From positions 3,379,061-3,443,060 of the forward strand of contig CM119271.1 of assembly GCA_051294375.1 (NCBI GenBank): DNA of 64,000 bases, in the 5' to 3' direction. The notes under the pieces were generated by a model, which saw only the letters and a program-made list of their open reading frames with translations, made no database searches and was not told where the DNA came from. Positions 12,801 through 23,500 of the stretch are shown one piece after another. This DNA is from Paraspadella gotoi. Its lineage: Eukaryota > Animalia > Chaetognatha. Every line of letters starts with the position of its first letter. Positions within the stretch are counted from its first letter, which is position 1. A program made the translations under genes and the position numbers.

Positions 12801-14698
12801 TCAAAACTAAAATAATTTAAAGGTTTCAATAAAAAATTTGACCATTTTTTACCTCTATGGTTGGTCCATATCTCAGGGGTAAAATATTGAAATTCGCCTT
12901 GATAGTTCTATTTACAGAGATTGTTCATACTAAGTTTCAATAAAATTTGTCCAGTAATTTTTGCGAAACAGGTTCTGGTCACAAAAAACAAGACCTCATT
13001 TTATAATATGAAGCCCTCTGTATTATTTTTAAAGAATATTGAAATTTAATGTAACTAAACAACTAATTTTTAAATCAATCAATCAAATCAGTATCAAATC
13101 ACTATCATCAAAGGGACGAGGGTGATTAACCAAACCTAGTCTATTCCCTCACCATCCTTTCGGAAGTCACCGACTAACCCGTTCTTCCACTTTACAGTGA
13201 AAAATGAAATAGGATGACGTAAGGTGAAGAGAATATTGCCATGTCGCATCAGGCAGCCATTTCAATCCAGAAAAATCTGTATATGCTCCTTCATTCAACA
13301 AGTCAGAGCAAACATTAGTTTAACTACTAATTATAAAGCAAAACCACACACGATTCTGGCGATGACAGTCCAGAAGCCGGGTTTTCGAGTCAATGAGCTT
13401 TTTCCCCTCTAAAAAGGGAGACCTCGTTCCCACCTTTCCCACTCATTCACCGAGTATCATTCCGGCGACGCCACCGCCGACCATCCAATTGTTTTCGTCG
13501 TCGACGCCGCGGATTCGACAGGCGTAGTTGGTGACGAAAGCAAGGGAGGCCGCGGAGGCCGTGAAGATCGAGGTGTATCTGACAAAAAACTTGGCTAGAT
13601 CGTAGCCTCGGTGGTTGTGAATAAACCAACCCCAGGTCCCGACGACCGGGGCGGTAATATGAAAGACCTTCCCGGCCAAGATGGCCACTTTCTCTCCAAT
13701 TCCTTCTCCAGTTGGTTTAGAGAAATATCGAAGGCGGCGAAACTCCAAATACTTCAAATACGGGTTCCCGTTGGGATCCGGTTTGGGATCCCTCTGAAAA
13801 GAAAAATGTTTTTGTGATACTACCCAATAAAGTCAATATATTCCTAAATAAACATTTCATGAAAATATACAGAAGGCTTCATATTATAAAATGTGGTACC
13901 CCTTTTTTGTGACAAGAATCTGTTCCCACCAAACTACCCGATCGAATTTAATAAAATTCTACATTTAGAGTGCTATTGACTATATAAATGGAACTATCAA
14001 GGCAAATTTTGATATTCAGAGATACAGGGCCCTGGGGGTGGATCCCTCGGGGGCCAAAAAAAGCTAAAATTTTTTTTTTTCATTTTTCTAATTTTTTTAG
14101 TAGCATCATGTGCATTGACGTTTTAAACATAAGAAAAAAACATTTTAGAACTAAAATTGATAAATTTGCAATAATTAAGCATGGTTGAAGATACATGGTT
14201 CATCGTTTTACTTCCAATTTTCCCAAATTATTCCAAATCTGACTTTAACTGCTAATGTTCATGAAGCTAAAAATTAAGGTAAATTAATATTTTTGAGGTA
14301 ATAAATACGTTTTTGTGGAAGAGTAAACGTCTGTGTAACTGTTCAAAACAAAAATAAAAAAAAATATTGAAATTAGCCTCGATAGTTTTGTTAGTATTCA
14401 CATAGGGATCGTTCATTCCAAATTTCAATAAATTTGGTCCAGTAGTTTTCTCGGAACGAGTTCTGGTCACAAAAAAGGGTACCTCATTTTATAATATGAA
14501 GCCTTCTGTAATCTCTTTCACTCTCCCGTGCTTTCAACCATGACTTATTTTCATTGTCTCCACTATTAGTAACTAAACATCAAAAGATAACTCATAATTG
14601 TAGCAAATAAGATCTTCATTTTAATTTTTATGAGTTTTGCTGTTTGCTCAATCACTTACCCGAAACCAACATTCCATATTTGTAATAATGCCAGGCAT
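6801..14698 (-). CDS. NDUFA11: NADH dehydrogenase subunit NDUFA11 (B14.7, Tim17 family) with N- and C-terminal extensions
   Basis: Exons 14698-14660, 13793-13451, 8777-8596 and 6974-6801 join in phase. YFSKPTGEGIGEK and RIRGVDDENNWMVGGGVAGMILG resemble NDUFA11 YWDIPDGTDCHRK and [23 protein letters not shown]. Confidence 0.75.
8961..9004 (-). ncRNA. Minimal type I hammerhead ribozyme in a solo Penelope pLTR fragment
   Basis: Minus strand reads GCG CTGATGA A GACTC gaaaatctct GAGTC GAAA CAT GTC TGC: full core, 5-bp stem II, palindromic ACATGT helix III, GUC site. The surrounding insert is flanked by a CCCCCCATTTTT direct repeat (8902 and 9033). Confidence 0.8.
9395..10200. mobile_element. Degenerate Penelope-like retroelement fragment (GIY-YIG endonuclease) with internal inversion
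   Basis: Minus strand: LPYVPGVTQKLQRAF...KVVYRFACSC...SETRRSFDTRTAEH. The continuation SGLAEHRQHC...KVEEALWIRR...LNED is on the plus strand from about 9872. Confidence 0.8.
10220..12440 (+). mobile_element. Degenerate DIRS1-like tyrosine-recombinase retrotransposon
   Basis: Frameshifted RNase H (HIPSKENLVADAASR), DIRS MT-like segment (MDRFAT, DALSQVW, FPP, PFWPAQ) and tyrosine recombinase (KTTFFLALASARQPSE, SKTD, CPILAL, GSTCAMA, W...TFFHFY). Right end AACCATGAATT. Confidence 0.88.
13868..14510. mobile_element. MITE with about 50-bp TIRs and TA target duplication (Tc1/mariner-type ends)
   Basis: TA-CAGAAGGCTTCATATTATAAAATG at the left end and its reverse complement ending CTTCTG-TA at 14510; no ORF. 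Confidence 0.9.
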
Positions 14699-14944
14699 TT
14701 TTGTATTTTTACGTAATTTATGGAGTGGACTGGCTTCAAACAAACCATTCAATCCTGAAAAAAACTAAAAATAGACAAATTGCTTTAATCGTTCACGATC
14801 TCCAACCAAATTAATGAATTTTTTTTGTGACGAGTCAATTTACAAATTTTTTCAAACGGACAACGTTAGAAAATTGGATTATCATTTTTTATCTAAACTA
14901 TCCTAAGTTGTAGTTCATTCAAATAACGATGTCGCTGACGATTC

Positions 14945-15575
14945 ACATGAATTGCAGGTGTTTTTCTACTGGAGTTGGTGGGTGACTTCGCCATGGCAGT
15001 GACGCCAGTACCCTCACCGGTGACCCCGCAAGTGATAAAAGTAGCGAATATGAAAAAAGGTGAGAGGAGAGGAGTGGCTCGTGGCTGATGTTGAGGCACG
15101 GGGATGTTAGGGTCAAGGGATAGGCCCATGGGTGACGCTAAAGTTAGAGTTTTGGCTCAGCATAAGACAGGGGGACCGGCTTAGGGTTAGCGTTTAGATA
15201 GGGGCCTTGGTTAAAGTTAGGGTTGAGCAGGAGGCTTACTGGCAATGTCGCAAGCTGGGAAAAAGGATTAGGTGGTTTAGGGTCACTTCGGCCATCAGCA
15301 CTCGCACCCCAGCCTCCATGGCCATAATTTCCCCGGCTCGCTACATCACCCAACCAAACCCTAATCCTAGCATCACCCGCGAGCCTATCCCCAACCCTAA
15401 CCCGGGTCTCCCATTCATCCCCGTGCCACAACATCAGTCGCTAGCCTCTCCTCTTCTCTCTCTCACCTTTCATCATATTTGCTCCTTTTATCACTGGCGG
15501 GATCACCAGTGAGGGTACTGGCGACACCGCCAGGGCCATTGTGAAGTCGCCAACCAACCAGAACCTGAGACATGT
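14945..15575. mobile_element. Foldback/MITE with long imperfect inverted arms and internal degenerate TTAGGG/CCCTAA repeats
   Basis: 14970-15120 is the reverse complement of about 15410-15560 (CGCCAGTACCCTCAC / GTGAGGGTACTGGCG). The interior carries TTAGGG units on the left and CCCTAA units on the right. Confidence 0.8.
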
Positions 15576-16096
15576 CATTTACGTGAATGTGTAATAAAAT
15601 GGTAGCACATTGCACAAAGGTGTAGTAAAATTTTGATATAAAAATTTGAATAGAAGATCATGAACACTATTGTACTAATAAAATTTTTATTAAAAAGGTA
15701 TTTATTAAAAAAAAAGTTTCTCAATTTTTGCCATTTCTTAATTGAGCCATATTTATAAATAACACTCACCATATAAAATGTCAAAATTTCCAAATGTTTT
15801 TTTTCCCAGTTAAAAGAAAAAAATTTATATAAAATTTTTCATGATTCACCATTCAAATTTTTATTTCATTTTATTTTAAAATTTTTCCAACGCTTTTTCT
15901 ATTCAGTTTCCGATCAAGATTTTCATTTACGTGTTATTTTTTATGAATAAATACAGATAAATGGTCAACTTTAAGCATTAACATTTTTTTAAATAAAAAT
16001 TTAATTACTATACTAACTAATAACGTCAGTGAAAAAAAAAAAAAGGCTACAATCAGAATCGGCTCAGTGTGCTTTAAAATCTAATTCCTTTACGGA

Positions 16097-16974
16097 ATAT
16101 TGATTCTATATCGGTTCGCCTCGCCCTTTTGTTCGAGCTAGTCTATAGAACGCGCGTTTATCAGAGTCAGAAAAAGGAACAAAAATAACAAAAAAAAAAA
16201 AAAAAGAGCCGTCACGTGACCGGCCTTGACCAATGGAAGCCCGGCAAATCCCAAGCCGGCTCTCTCCCTCATCCGGGAAGGCAAATCCATCAATAGTCCC
16301 GAAAAGGTCCCGGAGACGTCCCTGGAGTAGAAACGGAAGAAAGTCTGCCAGACCGCACGAAGAATGACGCCGAGATCCACGCCAAGAGCAAAGACGTCCG
16401 AAACCGCCATAGCGTGCGTCGACCCTGGGGGCGCCAAAATGTCTGCCTCCAGGAAGAGATCCTTGAGAATGGAGGCAACACGCTGCGTCGAGAGCTGACA
16501 AAAAGGCGGAGTAGGAGCGCAGAAAAGAAAATCGTGTGGCGGCGCCAATTCTGGGCGAACGAGCCAATTGCACACTGCACAGCGCCCAAACCGGGCATCG
16601 ATCCGAATCCAGACAAAACGCCGAACCCATGTGTCTGACTGTCCGTCCTAGAGAGCGTCGATGGAACCAAACGAACGTAATCAGCCGCTAAGGAGAGGTG
16701 TCAATTTCATCTCTCGTCGAAGATATCTTATGAGCAGATTTGGGTCGTGAAAATACGAGAAAATCGTGAAAAACGCGAAATCTATAAGGAGTTGATGAGA
16801 TGAGCGCGAAAAAGAATTGATTGATTCGCCTTCCCGGATGAGGCAGAGAGTCGTCTTGGGATTTGCCGGGCTTCCATTGGTCAAGGCCAGTCACGTGACG
16901 GCTCTCCGCGGTCTATCGACTTGCGCAAACAAAAGGGCATTTCGTAGCGAGGCGGACCGATATGAGCAGTAATA
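16097..16974 (-). mobile_element. Internally deleted DIRS-derived element: long ITRs around a tyrosine recombinase C-terminal fragment
   Basis: 16097-16296 and 16815-16974 are inverted repeats (GAGCCGTCACGTGACCGGCCTTGACCAATGG). The interior encodes FVPSTLSRTD, CPVWAL, PGSTHAMAVS and QTFFRFY, homologous to the 11632-12240 recombinase. Confidence 0.82.
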
Positions 16975-17513
16975 TGATAATATGATACGAGTAGTACTAA
17001 TAATATTCACAATTGTTGATTGAACACACATTCATCACAATAAATACCATAAGTACTAATTGGCTTTCAGTTTTCATTCGAAAGCATTTTTTATGAGGTA
17101 GTCAGTTATGTCATCCTACAAAAAACCCCTAGTGTTACTTAATCACTAAGGACGATTACAAATGATTATTAAACAAATGTAATTTTTATTTTTCAATTTT
17201 TGCATACGACAATATTTATACATAGTACTTACCATAGAAAATGTCAAAATTTTAAAATGGTTTTTTTCTTATTTTTAAAAGCAGATTCGAATTCCTCACG
17301 AAAAGTTGATAAAAGCAAATATAACTCTTTTTAAAAAATTATTTCATTAAGTGGATCAAAACCCTAAAAAACTATTATTATTAACCTGTAATTAAATTTT
17401 AGTATAAAAAACATATCTTGTGGACGCAACAAAAAAATATTTTAAAATGTAAAAAAAAGACAAAAAGCCACTTTGAAGTAATATTCAATAATAAGAAATT
17501 GGTAAATATTATT

Positions 17514-20500
17514 TTAAGAATGAAACATGTCCGTATTTGTCGAGGCCGCCAACTGACTCGCCCCGATTGCAAGTTTAATTTGATGTCCGATGGCTCGAGC
17601 AAGTGGTGGCGGTACAGCGTTGCCGACCTGACGATAACGATCCATGACGTTACCCGAAAACATGTACGTGTCTGGGAAACCCTAGAAGGAAAGAAAATTT
17701 CGCCTCAAGTTATTTATTAAGGCGGGCCAAAATTGAACACCTTTTATAACTTCTAGTTCTCTCAAAAAAGTTCTTTTTAGTCGAATCTGCTTATCAGCAG
17801 ATTCCGACTCTATAATTGACTTTGTCGGTCCGTCGGTCCCACCCCTAAATCTTACCGGTAAATCATTTTTATTAAACTCCAATTACTTGTGATCGGATGG
17901 ATGGATTGGAATGAAATTTTGTGTGAGGTTAGAAAGTGTATGATTGAGCTGGATAAAAAGCTTCGATGGAATCGTGCAAGTGGAAATGGAAAAAACATAA
18001 GTCACATTAACTTAAATCTTTTACTAATTTTAAACCATATTTACTCGAATTAATCATAATAGGAGGGATAGATTGAAAAAAAATTTTTTGTGTAGGTAGG
18101 AAAGTGTGTAATGAAGCTGGATATAGTTTAGATAGAATAGTGCGAGTGGAAATGAGTTTAAATTAAAAAAAAAAGTCATTTTTATTTGAATCTTTTTAAT
18201 AATTTTAACCATAATTAAACGAATTAATTTATGGTTCCAAATTGAACCCACTTGACCGGACGTAAAAGGGGGATGAGAAACCGCAAAAAACAGTCCATGG
18301 ACGAAAACCAGGTCTGAAGAAGGCAATAGCCAAAAGAGCTGTCGGGCGATCAGCGGCGTCCTTTGACATCCTTGGAAGGCCTGCCCCTATGCTTGGGAGG
18401 CTTGAGATGCCTCTTTGGGTTTGGCGGCGATTTTCGGTTCGGCCCTCTCCGAGACTCGGTGCATGGAAGTCGACGCTGCCCCTTTGGATCTCAAGATAGT
18501 TCTGTCCAGTTCTCTGCCCTCCACGGAGACCACTCCACAGACGTCACTCAAGCATTCCATTCTTTGCTTTTCCGCTCCGGGGGGCGCCGCTCTATTGCGC
18601 CTGTTCTGCTAGCTGCAAGCGTGGGCGTGGCAGTCCACAGTTCCGCTCGCCGTCCCTACAGGCCTCGCAAGTCTTTGCCGCCTCCCAAGCGTAGAGGTGG
18701 GGCTTCAGGGATGCCAAAGGACGCTGACTGATCGCCCGACAGCTCTTTCGGCCGTCGCCTCGTCCGGCTGTCAATTTTTCAGACCCAGTTTTTGTCCATG
18801 GACTGGTTTTTGCGGCTTCTCATCCCCCCCTTCTATGTCCGGTCAAGTGAGCCTGGCGCTTCACCGGAAGTCCCCTCTTGGTTTGCTGGTTATGAGTGAT
18901 TCTGTCCCGTGGCTGCGTACTGAGGTAGTGTAGGGGAGGGGGAAGAGAAGGCGGGGAAGAGGAGATCCTCTTTCGTTTTTCTCTCGGGAGATGCTCACTT
19001 GTTGGTGGGGAAGAACCATGAAAAATCCCGTTTCCATACAGAACCATGAATTATTGTGGGCAAATCCGACATTGCTTGCTCAAACTTGTTTCTTTCTACT
19101 ACTAAATCGATTTTCAATGCAACTTTTTGAATTAGTTTATTGGGTTGTTACACTGAAGCTTTTAATTATTTATTAATATATAATAAATGACAAAAAAATT
19201 GTTAAAATTTTTTTAAAAACCGTTTCCTATAGAGCTTGAAAAGTTAAATGAAAGTTTGTTCAAATTTTTTTCAAATTTTGACAATAAATTGGTTAAAAAT
19301 AAAAAAACCCTTAAAAAATCATCATTATCATCGGCTGAATTTTATAGTTTTTTAAAATTTTCATTAATAAAACAAAAATTTTTTAAAAAGTTGTATTAAT
19401 AACCTTTATCTAACTTTTAAAGCTCTATCAGAATATATTTTAAAAAATTGAAAATTCCGTGCGCTTATCAATAGGCTAAATTTTAAAAATTATTTTCATT
19501 TTCATATTCTCTACGAGTCACTTAACCATTATTTATTTGAGAGAACTTCTAGTTTTCAACCTGTTCCAGCCTATTATTTATGGCCTTTTAAAATAAATAA
19601 ATATTAGTATGACGCTACCTGAGAGCGAGCACATTCTCGGATTGAGACGACCCTGTGCTGCTCGGGATGGAGATTGCGACCCTGTTTCGTCATCGGCTCT
19701 GGGTCTGTGACGGTCGTGCCAAAATGACCGTCCCAATCCAATCGACCGTACAAGCCTGACCACTGATGGTTCCTATGGGCCGAATGAGGAAGGCACCACG
19801 GAATGAGAGTATTGGATTGATTTTCACATTTTTCTGAAGTTTTTCCTAGGAATTATGACCATGAATTAGTGAACGAGAAGGTGGGGCTTTTCAAAAGTGG
19901 GTTCTCTCACCTTCCGCACAGTGGCACACGCCCCTTAACTCCCCACGGGGACCCCTTCCCGACTTGGGGTCGTGACGCTCGTAGCGTAACTTCGCCGTCC
20001 TCGAGCCGTTTCTCAAAGCGACAGAAATGTTGGGGAGATCGCGCCAATCGGAGCCCGGTTCCGTAGGCACGTGACGCATGCGGGCCTCCACCAGGGGGGA
20101 AAACTCCTTGGCGACATGGTCTCGAAGAAGGAGGCACGGAGGTTCGCCGTCACCACGGTGGCGAACTAGGCGCTGGAAATGGGAGAGGGGGCGCGGAAAG
20201 GGGACACCAGCGTCGGGATCTCCGCCTGAGGCGATCTTAGGCAGATCGGAGAGAGCGTCGCGCACTGTCATGGTTCTCAGAGGGGCACTGCGGAGACGCT
20301 TGACGCAGCTCTCGTAGCGTTGATTGCCTAGGAGGAAGAATCCTTATATTTATAAGAAAAGGAAATCTATTACAATGAAATAACATAAGATACGACAACG
20401 GTCTTATTTCAACTTTAAAAATCCTATTTCAATGACAGACCTACGCTAACGCTGAGCGCCAGACCGCGAGGAACGAAGGCGTGGCTGGGTTCGGGATACA

Positions 20501-23500
20501 CCGGAAGAACCTCCCCTGGTGCCGCCGCCATGATAATCGCGCGACGGCGGGTTTGAGCCACTCCATAACTACCGGCCTAGAATTGCAGAATGAAAAGTAA
20601 TTGGCCAAAAACAGAGCATGACAACTGAGAAGTGACCACAATAAATGTTCTCCAGTGTTTTTATGTAAGAGAAACGGAACCTGCAAAACGCCGAAGGTGC
20701 ACTGATATCCCATCCTGAGAAGACACCTAAGTGTCGTTCGAAGAATGAGGTTGTCCTCAAAGGAGACAAAGTTCCTCACATTTTCCAGGACGAAAAATCG
20801 CGGGCGGTAGTAGTCGCAGAAGCTCATGAAGGAGACGACTAGAGAATTTTTGAACTTGGAGTAGACTCGTTGGTTCCATCTGTTTTTGTGATGTTGATAC
20901 AACCGCTTAAAAAGTTTTTTTTGCAGAGCACCCGATTCCCATAATGACCTCAAGCGCTTACCGATTTAATTGTGAGAATCCCTGGCACGGCGGACCCCCG
21001 ACAAGCACCTCTACTTCGCCCTTCTGCGGGAGACGTCGGCCGCGAAAGGTTTTCTCGCCTCGCATCACCATCTGTGGACAAAAAAAAGATAAAGAAGTTG
21101 AAAGGATGAACGACCAGATAAACAGTTGTAACTTGTCATGAGAGGTCCAGACAAAATACATAGTATAGTAAATGAAGCTATATCGGTTCATTCCTTAATA
21201 CTTAGGCGAAACCTCCTCTAATAGATGGAGCGCTATAGCTGTTCCCTCACACTTAAGTCGTGGACGCACCTTTAGCAACTCATTGCAATCTTCCTGAAAG
21301 ACAACGCAGTCGGGGTTGTTGAGTCGGAACGCCTCGGCGGCCGAGGCCACCATCTCGACGGCCCACTTTGTGTCCACTATTTCCGATTGATGAAGGCCCT
21401 CGGATAAACCCCCACAGCCGGCGAAAACGTCGAGGCATCTAAGAATCACGACATTTCGATAATGTAAATAATCGCTCTAGTCTGTATATATAACGATATA
21501 ACGATATACGCATTCCGCAAATATACTTCTCTCACCTCAACGGCCTCCCCTGCCACATCTTGGTCTGCGGGGTTTCGTTCAACTTCACTTCCCTATCCTC
21601 GTAATCTGAATCAATTTTTTTCACAAAGACCCTCAGATCTTTACGGGCGTCGGATTTCATCTTCGATTTAACTTTGGGGCCGAGAAAGGCGAGTGGAGCT
21701 GAGCAGAACCTGCGCTTCCAAGGGTCGTAGGTTTTTTCAAAGTAGAACCGATCCGATCCAGCAAGGAAATATGCGTCCTTGGAACGGCGGTCGACCCACG
21801 GATCGAAGAAGCGGACTGTGCATTTTCCGCGCACTGAGGTAGCCAAGACAACCGCCTCCTCTCGAGACCTTGTTTTTGTTGGGGAAAAAAAGAGACGCTG
21901 AATCTTCCCAAACTGAACTACTAAAAATGGAACCTCACCAGTAGAGCAGGTTAAGATCCGCTTTCCACGCGACATCCTCGTCCAAATGTGTGTCCTCGGT
22001 TCGGTAGAATTTGCGAACGAGCATTTCCAACCTTCCGTCGCCGTCTCCCTCACGAAATATCTTGAGAATTCGCGCTACGCGAAAGGGCGGCGGGCAGAGC
22101 CTGTTTGATCCTTTCACGTAGTCGGAAAAAGATTTGCGGTAGAATTCTGGGTATTTGGGATCGTCTTTTTTTAGTTTGTCGATCCTCTTCGGTATCGTCG
22201 TCTTTTTCGGCGACGCAGTATAACCGTAAATGCCAGGTTCCAAATAGACGCAGTCTCCGGGGACGTAGGGGACGCCGTCGTATCGGAATCCGTCAAAAGT
22301 GAGGTCGCCATCGTCGTCGACGGTTCCCTTCCCAACCGATAGTCCCGCCCGGCGTTCCGCCTCTCGCGCCCGAAAGCAACCAGCGCAGAAGCCGAAGGCG
22401 CTTCCGCTCTTCGCCGGCGGAGGAGGAGGATCTTCGAAACGGGCCGAATTCGGGTCGTACCTGAGGAAAAATAAAACCAGGATTAAAAAACCTCGGGTCG
22501 ATGAAAGTCAGCGGTCATCTTTGACTGTTAGATTAACCTAATCGAGAGCGGACTCTTCGGCCATAACTAATCTTGAGTAAAGGGATTCATTAGCTAGCTG
22601 CATTGTGGCTAGCTGGGTGTCTTCTCGTCTGTTTGGTAAAGTAGCAAAACCTATATGGATGAGTTAGTAAATGCGTTTAGAACCGAGTCGCAAAATCTAG
22701 ATTATTTCTGATACCATTTCTGGCAGAAAAATATTTTGTCCTTGGAATCCTTTCTGGAGATTCCAGCTAAAGGGTCATCGTTATCAGGAGAGGAGCCACC
22801 GTCGGCGAACCAGGATTTGGAGGGAGTCTTGAAGATCACGGTCACCTGAATTGCGAAGTTGTGATATTGAAATATAATAATAATATAGAATTTAGACTCT
22901 GTGAAAAAAAACCTTTCTCATAATATCTCTAACGAGTTGATCCTCGCAATCGTCGACTAAAAAGAGCTCGAAGGGATCGCCCGCATCTTCAAGCACCGTC
23001 TCCGAGGCGCGCTCGAGCCAATTAACATGAGCCCATTGGTGGCCATCGGTATCGGACCAGAAAGCCGTGGCCAGTCCCACGTGTGAGGAGGCTCGGAGGG
23101 TTTGGCCTGTGAAAAGGAAAAAAAAGCCGTGACAATAATAAGTATAAAAATGACTAACAAAATCCTTAAAAGCACCAACTACTTTTTCTTTCATAATTTT
23201 TGTAAAAAGACGACTTTTCTCATCCTTACTCGTAATCAACAGGTGATCCCCGACAAAGTATTTGGTCCCTTCTAGAATGACTCCGCCAAAGTACTTTCGT
23301 CCTCTTTCCTCTTTTAAAACATCTCCGATGAATGACGCCGAAGTAGCTTTCGTTGCACTCTGTCGTTGACGTCGTCCTACGACGGATCTTTCCGCTTTTT
23401 GAGATTGAGGAGAATCTTCTTCGTCTTCGTCGTCTTCATCATCATCGTCTTCATCGACTTCCACTGAAAGATGAGGGGGCAAAGGATTTAGTTAGATTTG

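Larger units (their letters stand above)
8810..13022. mobile_element. TA-flanked MITE copy (same family as 13868 and 45679) expanded by nested insertions
   Basis: Left TIR TA-CAGAAAGCTGCATATTACAAAATG at 8810 and right TIR CATTTTATAATATGAAGCCCTCTG-TA ending 13022. Internal 12690-13020 is homologous to the other two copies. Confidence 0.85.

Noticed and set aside
19575-19867. Possible further DIRS mini-element ending in ACCATGAATT
   Set aside because: The interval is a conserved DNMT1 catalytic exon.
22300-22460. Apparent frameshift between DNMT1 BAH domains
   Set aside because: Re-reading gives a continuous frame ([20 protein letters not shown]).
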